Assembly: GCA_051362555.1 (NCBI GenBank)
Contig: CM120649.1
Span: forward strand, 13,020,001 to 13,084,000
DNA length: 64,000 nt
Direction: 5' to 3'
From: Lingula anatina
Taxonomy: Eukaryota; Animalia; Brachiopoda
Shown piece after piece: positions 49,184 through 61,200 of the stretch (positions are counted from its first letter, which is position 1; every line of letters begins with the position of its first letter). Under the pieces are notes generated by a model. It was not told where the DNA came from. It ran no database searches and saw only the letters and a program-made list of their open reading frames with translations. The position numbers and the translations under genes were made by a program.

Positions 49184-52100
49184 CTACGTTGCCCTCCTGA
49201 AAAGTGACGAAATGAAAATGTCAGTTTTTTAAAGTAAATTAACTGAATACATTATTGTCTGGTAGTTATGATTCAACTTAAACAGCAGTTTTCATTAACT
49301 TTACATACTACTCACTCTTAAGGTTAATGAATACTACTCACATGGACCAGCCAGCTCACATCAGTCAACTGACTGCCCTGAGATTTTGTGTAAGGGATTT
49401 CGGTGTAAAAATTCAAATAACACTTTCCTGGTGTCACACTGACTACTTTTCAGAAATGTACTTATTATCAATCTACTGAGATTTATACCTCAACTTAGTC
49501 AAGTGAATAGTTGCAGGCTTTCACTGAAAATCTAAAGGAAAAAAAAATTGTGGTCTAAGCCATTAATTCCATTACTTACTCATACATTACTTCATTTTTA
49601 GTGGAAAAATTTAAGGCAATACAATACCATAAACAGTCCATTAAAACTGAGCAATAACTTACCCTTTTACTCGCTGAATAGCTTGTGTAATTTGCCCATC
49701 ACTAAGTGAAGCACCTCCTAACCGCTGTACTACTTCTGATACTAATATGTCTGTTATACCAGGCGAAGAGCGCTCTACATGATCAAATGCTTTCCGTAAC
49801 TCATCAATCGCTTCCCCATGCTGTGGATGTCCTGAATTCCTATGTCTCTCTCGAAGCTAGAATGTGAAAAAATACAATATGTAGCTTATAATAATAATAT
49901 TAATAATAATAATAATATCAGGGCATTTTCAGGTCCAAGTTGTAAGTCTGGTGGACATCCCAATTTTCTACTATACTCACACTGTGTTAATTGTAATCAA
50001 ATCATACTCAAAGATGGGCTGTACTAAGATGACCCAACTTTACTGAAATCATGACTTCGTACAGAGATACGAAAAGCTCTTCTGTCACAAACTTAGGAAT
50101 TATTTTTTACCCACAAGAGACATTTCATTGTGTCATCAGCCATCTACAGTCTGAATGCTATACAGGTTGTGACAGTAGGGTCTTTGATCTCAGTTATTTT
50201 CCAAACTGATGATTTTTTTTTATAACTTACATCTTGCATCAGTGGGTATATGACTGTAGTCAGAGAGGACGTCGGCCTTTGAGCCGCTGGCGGCAGCTCT
50301 ATTCTCTCATTGGTTGGGGAGGTTTGGGATGGAACGCGCGAAGCAGGTCGACCAGACTGGAACAAATGGGAAGACTACATTAAAACAAGTATTAAAATAC
50401 TATTTGCCAACAATCCATGGGTATGAAAGTGAAGATGAGGAACATGCAACGAACTGTGTCAATTGTTCAGAAAACAATTTTATCGCATACTGGCTTTGGT
50501 GATGCCATCATTATTTCTCTTGCTTTATTCTTCTTCTCAGTAGATGGAGAACTTTAGACTGATGGGCGAGATTAGATGAAGTGTAGATAATGTGTTTGGC
50601 ATTGAAACTTAAATCTTAACTTGTGCAAGCATGTTGTTCACAAAACCAGCTATATACAGCAGATTCCGTAGGCACTGGGTCCAAATTCACAACAGCATGA
50701 TTGCATTTACAACAATTGTCACAGTTTTTTTACATAACAATAGTGGGCGGGATGACAACAAATATGGCAAATATACACCATGTTACAGTTAGAATATCAT
50801 GAAGATTATGCAATCTGTTAAGAACTACTTACAGCTATGATTATGACCAAATGAAACCAAATATTTAAACTTAATATGAAAATAAAATATTTCTTTACCC
50901 AAAAATTCAAAAGCACGTAATTAAATTATTCATACTATCATATGAAGCAGACTATAATAAACTAAGTGACTAAAGGGCTGGATCTAAAATATTTTGCCTT
51001 GTTTAATATTCATATAACTCAAACAATTGTAAATTTGAAGAAAATATTGGTACAAGTGTTAAATCCCCAGCCTGGTGTACAATCTATAAAGAACAATGAA
51101 AAAGTGAATGTTAATGAAGCATTGAAACCTTCCTAAGGTTGCCATGACTACAATATGCATTGAACAATAGGTGGCAGCACAGTAAAGTTGCCCTACAGAT
51201 GGCAGCACATGTATCCCTCTACCAGACATTACATTGGAATTTTTTGAGAACAGACTATAATACAGAAATATGCCTTAGACCCAAAGAACATTACATAATT
51301 AGAAGTATTGCCCTGCAATAAAGTTTGACTAATTAGTATTACAGGTAATTAATACATTCTATGTTGGAACCACCTCAAAACACAGGAACTGGCTGTGGTA
51401 GTAGAATTATAATAGAAAATATTATTGTATGCTATATAACAGATGTTATGCTAAGCCTCTCAAGCCGTGTTCTCATACAGAACTTCTTTAGACCCAAATA
51501 AAAGGGAACTAGTATGCAAAATAGTTTCAGGACTGCCTCTAGAAAGAGGACAATTCAAATGCAGGTTGATACAAACCAGGAAAACTGAGGATAATTTGGA
51601 ATATTTCATTAGAAATGCCACTGATTTTTAGACCTTTAAAAAAATCAAATATTAGAGGTGGAAGCACTGCCATATGACAAGCTGGGGTACTATAAAAAGA
51701 TAAAATAGGCAGTGCAAAGCAAGGGACATCAAATGACATCCTTTTTATCAATTTCTGGTTTAAAGTAGACCTGTATGTGAACTCGGCAATAGTGATCTAC
51801 TAGATTATATTTCTTACAGATTCAATTACGTAACCAACCACTCCATTAATATAAAGCTACAGGAAAACTGTTATCAGTGTTTATATATGTTCTCACAGTA
51901 AGAGGATAACACAAATATATATATATATCCACGTACATTGAACAAACAGTACAAAGACATAATCAGTGTCACCAGGAAGGAACTGCAGAGTGAAATTTCA
52001 GGTGATTTGGAATAAAGAAGTGACCGCAAGAAAGAGCTGTGCAGTAGGTTTCTTTTTACTACGATGAGGGTGAAACCCTCGACTTACTGCTTCCAATGCA

Positions 52101-55100
52101 CTATTAACTGAGCCAGCGCGGCGTACCACTGGTTTTACCGACTCTAGGGCACTGCCCTGCGATGCAGCACGCCGCACAGGGTAAAGCTCAGTACTCTCGG
52201 ATACCTCATCCTCTGCAGGATCAACAACGTTTTCTTCCTAACACACACAGCAAAACATGGCGTGAATATTTTGTGAACGTGACAAAAACAACCTGGCATG
52301 TATGGCCGAGGTTTTGTGACCACTTGACGAACTCTGTCCGCATTAACAGTCGGATTATAACTACTTAACTTAGCACACCTCAGCAGACCATACTAGCCAC
52401 AGGAATCAAACTAGTCCTTCTGATGTCCCACATAAGGTTGTATTACTGCTGAGATGAGTTATACCGAGTTAAGCGGTTATAAGCTGACTAGAAATGCCTC
52501 CCTTGACTCTGATCAAGCAGTGACATACTTAATTAACACTGACAACAGTTGGTTTCTCCAATTCTGATTATTAATTTTATAGAAAAAAAATTCAGTTTCC
52601 ATCTTTTAGTTTACTCTCCAAAACAAAACTTATTCTGCTTTTATGTGAAACAGACAAATTATAGAGAATGAGAAAATAAAAATAATAATAATAAATCATG
52701 AATGACACAAAATGATTTTGTGAAGTGGTCTCAAGAATTGCCCATGTCAGTATGATAAGAAAGTATGCCACTTCAACTTAATCCATCACCCGTGGTGAAG
52801 TCACGCACTTGGAGTGATGTCACACATTTTATGTGATGTCACACATTTCATGTGATGTCACGCTTGCTGAAGTGAAGCCTTTGGGTCAGCAGCCTTTGGG
52901 CTAAAACTTACTGGAGTAAAGGCGTTATTATGCGAAGCAACTCGTCTTAAGCCGGCCTGGAGGTCGGGACCCTGAGCTGGTAGGTCATATTGGGATTTGG
53001 GTCGAGGTAGAACTATTGGCTGCTACACATGGAGAAACAATAATCATCAATGCAACACGGACACATGACAAAACAACAAAAAAGCCAAGAACAAGCTCTG
53101 GAAATGGAAGGTTATTCACTATCACAAACAGTTACAAAAACAGTAAACGACACATCAATTCAAAGAATCCGATGTTAAGAAGGTAAAAAACACTCTTAAT
53201 AAATCAATTACTATTTGCAATTAATTCATCACTCGTTTTTGTTAACATATTAAATGGTAAAATACTGCATTCCATATGACAAAACAATTATCGCATTATC
53301 ACACATCTGGGAGAAGTTATGAATTATTTTTCTAACATTCACTGACATGGAATTGATAAATAAAATATGATGTCAACGTGCAATTTCACTGTCACTGAAT
53401 AACATAGTTCATTCTTCATGCAGCAACATGCAACATGATTCACAATACAAATATTTACAAAATATCATTTAATAATATATCTGGGTCATATTTTGCATCC
53501 TGTGTGACTGATATCTACAATACCTATCAATACTGCTGTGGGCAGCACTAAATAACACATCCTTTGTCTGATCCTTTAAGATAAAGCAACAGCCTATCAT
53601 ATTCAATGTACTATATATTATGCAAATGTATCCTCTCTCAAACCACAAGCCAATCATAAGCCTTGTATCATATAACCATGCACTTACACTCCATTTGTTG
53701 TTATTGTTTTGTAGGTAGCTAAGTCGGCCGTGATTTGGGTAGACAGGTTGTGATTCACTACGACCATGATGGCCTCGACGTGCCTAGAGTAAAAGGGTGT
53801 GGAAAGTTCTCAGACAAAGTTCAATATTGAAGCAGTTTTCACTCCTGTAGCAAAGTCTTTTGGAACGAGTAATAAGAATGAAAAAATCTACAGAAATTTC
53901 TGTATTTTTTTCAAATTGCATGCAAGTTTTGGGAGGCAGCATATTTTAACTGTATGAACTTGTCTCCAAAATAAATTTTGCAACAGTTCAACGATTGATA
54001 AGTGGCTGCTAAGCTTTACTACTCAAAAATCGTGAACAGTTGGACATAAAAAAATGTTCAAACTGTCTTTGGCCTATCCCAAAACTGTGCTAAGGAGTGA
54101 ATTTAAGCCAGGCTGCAAATGGGTGAAAAAAACTGTGAATATTTGCACTTGCAAAGGATTGCAATTATGTGAGCTTTTAAAATATCTGAGAATGTTAAGC
54201 AAAGATTAGTTGTACACAAACAGCTTAAGTTTTGCAGTAAACGAAAAAAAAAAAAAACAGCTTAAGTTTTACAGTGAATGAAAAATGTTTTGAATAAAAC
54301 TGTTACAAGGTGAAAATAAATTAATTCATTTTTATGATTTTATTTGTGATTTCTTATCATCATTAAAATAAGTTGTGTCACTCCACAAAAGTGGTGTTTT
54401 GATTAATCAATATTCTTGTTATCAGATGTACTATAAATATTAATGGCCCAGGGGTTTCTTTTCTACAAAGCAAAAACTATTTTTTTCCAATTAGTAAAAC
54501 TGATGCATACTCATTAATTTTTTTAATACCCAGAACTGTAATTTTGTGAATAAAGTTAAATCACCTGTTCCAATCTCAAATTCGTAACTTCAAACTATTC
54601 AGCATGTTAATGTTATTATTTATATTTGCAGTGCGGTTATGTTTTGTCAGGCTTCTTTATGATTAACCTCAAGCACAATGACCACCTCTACACCACAGTT
54701 ACACACACATCACTACATTCTCAACAGTTACAGCTAAAATGTGTTTAAAATCACAACTAATGCAATGTGCCAAGAACAACAACCACACTCCCAGCACCTG
54801 ACATGACAACTACAGCATTTCACTGCCTACCCATCAATACTACTGTGTTCATATCTAGCATATTACCCTGTGATAATTAGCAGTCTAAATCCTCCCCTCC
54901 CCCTATATAACCTTACCAAACTGTTTCTTTATCTTTTTTTTCATGTTGTCGTATATTTTTAACACATTCAGTAATTACGCAGAACAAAAATAAATGAATC
55001 ACTTTTGGCTGATAAAAATTTGAATTTCAAAATTTTAAGTTCAAATTTAGGAAAACAGTTTGCTAAGACAGTTGATTTTATTTCTCTATCTATGTCAATG

Positions 55101-55166
55101 AACATCCTCTTGACCTACATAATATATTCATCCCAGACCCCATGAATAATATATAGTATAAATAAG

Positions 55167-55224
<58 letters not shown>

Positions 55225-58200
55225 ATCTATCTTAAAAGCCATGGATTAAAATAGTGAGCTTGATACCACGGTAGAACTCATATCAGTAAATGAATAAATA
55301 AATATAGTAACACGTTATAAAAAACAGGTTACTTGAAAGACCATTCATGATCCTCAACTGTTAAAGAAAGCAAACTTATAACATGTATACCTATAGCTAT
55401 CTATTCATTTAATTGCTGTGATTTGATTATAATATGATATATGCTATGTGGTATATTTCTACAGCCTTAGCCTGCAGAGACATGCAGCAAACTTACAGGG
55501 CCATCGCGCTCATTTTGTATTGGCGGTGAAGATGGTGAACGATGTACGTTAACACCAGGCGTTAACTGCTGTGAATTAATAAGAATAATAATAGTATAAT
55601 AATAAAAAGAACTGTAATTTTTAATCAGTATGGTGTGTGAATTATTGTAGAGAAAGTCTCTAAGCACAAGCAACAAAAAATTCTGTTGGTAACCTCAATG
55701 ACGTCTTTAAATAAGAATGGTCAACGGTCAGCAAATGGTCATTAAGTCAATGGTCAGTCATCTCAACTGAGAAAGGCCATTTATCACAATAACCACAAGC
55801 TAACACAGCAGATTTTCAGTGCTTGTGCTGAGAGAAGTTTGCATCATATAATATTGAGAGATACATTGAAAAACATAAATAAAGTATTAAAACCCATTTG
55901 GTGCACACCTGAAATTTAAAAAAGCCAGTGAATTAAGGTAGATCGGTCGTTACATGTTCCAACGTTCGAATTTTTTTAAATTTTTTTTTGTTTGAAGAGA
56001 CACCCAAGTACATTAAAAATTTGCAAAAAAAATTGGGGGTCACCGACCAAATAAGAGAACTAGCCCCAAATATGATACACCCTGCATATCGCACTAGTCC
56101 CCATTCAAATCAATGGGAAAATGGGTGTTTTCTCACTAAAGCATTATTTTTTATGACTTTCTGACGTTCGAATTTTTTTAAAAATTTTTTTGTGTAAAGA
56201 GGCCTCCAAGTACATTTAAATTTTACCAAAAAAATTGGGGGTTACCGACCAAATAAGAGAACTACGCCAAGTTGAAGTGCGCTACAACCTGCGTGACGCA
56301 CTAGTCCCCATTCAAATCAATGGGGAAATGGGTGTTTTTCACCAAAACGTTATTTTTTATGATTTTTCTAACGTTTGAATTAAAAAAAAAACTTTTTTTG
56401 TGTAAAGAGGCATCCAAGTAGATTTTAATTTTGCCAAAAAAGTTGGGGGTCACCGACCAAATAAGACAACTACGCCAAGTTGAAGTGCGTTACCTGTACA
56501 CCCTGCGTGACGCACTAGTCGGAAGTCCCCATTCAAATCAATGGGAAAATGGGTGTTTTTCACTAAATCGTTATTTTTTATGATTTTTTTTTGTGTGTGT
56601 GTGTGTGTGAAGAGACATCTAAGTAGGCCTACATTTAAAACTTTCGTTATGTTTAACAGTTGAAGTGAGTATACTCAGCTATTTTCAGATTTGTCAAACT
56701 GATGAGAAGGTGTAAGCCATTAACTTTACAACAAAATTATTGAAGAGAATAATAAGGGAAATACTCATGCATATGAAAATAGTTTATTGCCGTTGTTATT
56801 TATTAATGAATATAACATGAACGTGACATCGTAAACACTGTGTTGTCAAGTAAAATGAAGCGTCTGATACAAAGTATCAAATGCGGCATTCACGTGCTTG
56901 CTTGCGGTGCGTTCAGTACACTTTGTTTACACTGACAAGTCAAGGTCAGAAGTGCACAATATTTCTGTATAATATAACGCAGTTTCAATTTTGATTAATG
57001 AATTTTCTTCAAGCTGTAGACCCTACGGCCATTTTCTGAACATTTGTATAAGCTACGAAATATTTCTCAGTCCAAATTTCCAAATGAGTGGCGTTACGAC
57101 GCACTTCCGGTTTTCGTCGAAATCTAAACTACAGCAGCACATTCAGGGCGTTCTACCTCAAAATATACGCAGCCGCTTTGATTGGAATTTACAACACTTA
57201 TTCTTTACATGACATAGCACCTACGTGCATAATTTGTGAGCTTTAGCTGTCATACATTTTCTAGTGCTAATTCAAATTGGAAAAGGAGCTATTTCGACGA
57301 TTTCTTGAAGGGCAAGTCTATGAACGTGCTACAGTTGTCGTATGGAATCATAGTCGACAAACGTTGTCGAAAATCTGTATCGATCATACAGAGTTACAGA
57401 CAAGTTGATAATGTGTGTTTATCTTATAGATAATTGTTTTATTTCCTTAAATTAATAAAACAGACTGAAGTGTCGTTAGAGACGATTGACGATGCGCTGA
57501 AATTGCGCAAATCGTCAAATTACGTAACGACCGATCTACCTTAAATACACCTACATGTTCTGAAAACCCTCAGTATGGCATATGTGCAATGAATATAGAC
57601 AGAAACAAATGAAATGACAGCATGAAGAAAATTCTGGAAATGTACTGTTTCTCAAAAATAATTGTGACATACATAATGAATGATAACATGTGAAATCAGC
57701 TAAAATGAAAAATTTTTTGTTAGTAACTGGCACAAACACTGAGGTTAGTTCAGTTCCTTTGACTTCATCATTTTCAAGATTGTGCAAATGCGGTGCAAAT
57801 GGGAATGGTGCAGGAGTTCCTTGATCAGGGTCTTCCCTGAATACAATAATGACTTAAAATTTTCTAATAAAACAAATTATTCACTTTCTACAAAATATTG
57901 CCTAATAAGCAATATTTAAAATTATAATTCAAAAGTTTGAAAAATGAAGTCCGTTTCATGTATGAAACATTTTTGTGGGAAAATGAAACTGATTAAACTC
58001 GAAAAGGGCAAATAACTGAGTAAGACACAGGTTATAAAAATTATAAACATCAGCCGTATTCAGGAAACACTATCCTGTGTTAACCTGAAGGTATCTTGTT
58101 CCTTCTCCAACCAAGAATCTTTCAGCACTTTCTCACTGTTGGACAACACTTTCAAATAAATAAATTAATAAATACTCATACCCATATCTAACACAACAGA

Positions 58201-61200
58201 AAAACACAAAGAGTAATTCCAAGAATAAATAAATATTATAAAATAAAAACTGTTTTTCTTAATCCATAAAAACACACCATATTCTGTGACTTACTTTGCT
58301 ATCTCTGTTTTTCTGTGGAACTGGCTGTGGGGTCTGAAATAATAATAATAATAATAATAATAATTTCTTTTAAATGAAAAGAGGAACAGCAACATTGAAC
58401 AAGAATGTATTCAGAAGAATCCTTGCATGATCCCATTATAATGGACTTATTTTGATGTGCTTTTTATATCAATATGTATAAAATACTGGACAACATACAC
58501 TACACTGACAAAGGATATCACGATATACATTAAAAAAAATCTTATTTTCTGCTCATTAAAGCAAAGAACACATCTGACTGAAATAAATTAAGAATTAGTG
58601 AAAAAGACACAAAGAAATGTGGCACTCAGACAAATACACGATATTTTTGTAGTATGGTATGTACCCAATCAAGGACAAAACGGCTGGAAATAAAGCTGAA
58701 AAATGTGACGAATCTTATAAAAAGTCTACATCCAAATTGTGATACCAGCACGCTGTCCCAAAACTAGGACAGATCCGTAACATTTCAACAAAAGAGAGCA
58801 ACATTCAGACAGCTTATGTATATTTTGATCAGAACCCAATCGCAAGTCACCCAACATTTTCCATATACTTGAACTGAAATGCTATATTCAATTCCACATT
58901 CAACAATATGCGACCCAGTTGTTTTTCAAGTTGGAATACGTCTCCCATGATTTTCAAGCAACTCAAAACAAAACCCTGCAGCTTCACTGACTGCTTTTGT
59001 TCACCATGCTATGGAAAATTTAAAAAAAAAACAAAAAAACATGCCCGTCAAGCCATTTGTAACTGATCTTAACTTTTTTCCCTAACGTGTTACTTAATGT
59101 CAGTTTAGATTACTCCTGATAATTTGGGTGGAAGTTGTGCTTACACTGGCAGATCCAATATTTGTTTCCTGCAGGGGTGGGGTTGGATTATGGTTGGGTG
59201 GGGATGAAGGCCTGAAGGCAGAGTACCAAGGTTAACAACTCGAATGGTTTGTTTTCTGGTTTATTTGCTTGGCATTAGTAAACTTAGAAGAGAAGGTGGA
59301 TCTGCCAATGGGCATAATATGTTTCCTCATGCAAGGACTTTTTCCCTAAAAATATACAGTTCCACATGGAAAGTGTAGGTCATTTTCAAATATGGTGGAA
59401 AGGCTCTTAACCTTGGATACCATGCACCATTCCTGTCCTCTCCCCTACAATAAAACTTTAAATGCCTAGTTATACTAAGAAAACATTTACAAATTAAACA
59501 TTGCATTAACTCCTTTATTTTTGGATATAAGAATTCATGCCATTGCCTTGCGCAGATGCTGTAACCTATATGACATAAAATGCATTCATATTACAGAGAA
59601 TGTGATTCCACCCATCCACGAGCAACATAATTTACCACCTATCCACCAATCTCAACATTAATGCAGTTTCAGCTTTTCACCAACACAAAGTCACAATCTT
59701 CGTATTCTATCATGTGGCTCCATCTATCCTCTATCCTTCAGTTTAAATATATAAGCTGCATGCCCCAAATGTGGTGCCACCTACATTCTTGTTGGATTCG
59801 GCAGGTTTTGTTGCAGGCATAGGGGAGTTCCAGTCCTTAAGTGTACCCATATCTGTATCCGAATCTTCAACAGAGCTGTAGAAGTCGGTGAGAGCCTCTG
59901 AGTGGTTGCAATAGCTACCCATCAGATCAGCTTCAGAGAAATTAAACTCTTCTGGCTCGGTCTCAATGTCACTCTTCTCGTAGTCTGTATCCAGGCTGCT
60001 GAAGCCTTCTTCATCATCGCCATCTTTGATTCCCTCGTGGGGGTTGAAAGGGTGGACCTCAACCACCGTGATCTCCTGGCCGGAGTTCTTCCTCTCTTTA
60101 CGGAGAAAAGAGGATTTGGAAGAGGCAAAAGAGGAGGAGGAGAAAGAAGAAAGGGAAAGAGAAGGGGAGGGCTTCTGGGAATCATCACTTGGCTCCTCTT
60201 GGCCAGACACAGTAGGTGGAGACTCCTGGTTGACAGAAGATGGGGCGCGGGAAAGTCTAGGGCTCGAGGTGTCCTGCATGGCAGCAAAGCGCAGCAGGGA
60301 GTCTATATCTGATTGGGAGAATGAATCGTAGTCTCCACCTCCTTCACTTGTTGTGGCATTGCACTGATCCCCTTCTGGGTTGGCAAAGCTGCGCTTTCGC
60401 TGGATGTGAAAGATCAGTTCATTGCATATTTGTGTTGCCTATAACTATTGACTATAACATCTACTAAGTTATAGATCATGTGATGCAGATTTCAACAAAG
60501 CTACTCATTACTGCACAACAACATATTCCCATTACTTGGCTGAATGATGCTTCTCTCTTTTCAAAAACGGGTTTACATAATAAAAGAATGATGTAAATGA
60601 TACTTTTAATCAAAACTATTATCTTTAAGGGCTCTGACCGACCAAAGGAATAAAAATGTCATAGTATTCTCCACATCTGTAACCATGCTAGAACCAGTAT
60701 GAATATGGAAGAATAGCCTCCAGCAAAATGTGACCCCATGACCAAGAACTTCAGCAGTCTGGACATGAACTGCAGTCATGCAGGTACTGAAAAACTCTGA
60801 CTTCAATAACTGCCTCTTAAACATTTTATGGCATTCATATCATACTGATGTTGATGATTCTAGCTGTCTATAAAAAGGAAGCGGAATTCAAAATTTTCTG
60901 AGAATATAAAACCATGAACCATGCTCTCTTTGAATGTGCTAGCACATGACAGAAAAACTTTTTCTTCAGAACCTCACTACCCCATTAAGCATTCTCGAAG
61001 CAAAGGAACAATATAATATTAAGACTGGGGCACACTATCTGAAGAAGTACATATATTCAATGATGATGATCATCATCCATCTTGGAAATCCACTTCCCAT
61101 ACCAAAACAGTTGGTTGGAGTTTTTTCTATAATTGGAGTGTACATGCTCCATAATCATTGTAATCATGCACCAGACACCAAGAATCCTCTGTCATATATG

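Noticed and set aside
57551-58150. Possible extra kinase-gene exons (…EKVLKDSWLEKEQDTF / EDPDQGTPAPFPFAPHL…)
   Set aside because: Coding-like, but I could not establish phase-consistent splice sites with neighbouring exons; left unassigned.
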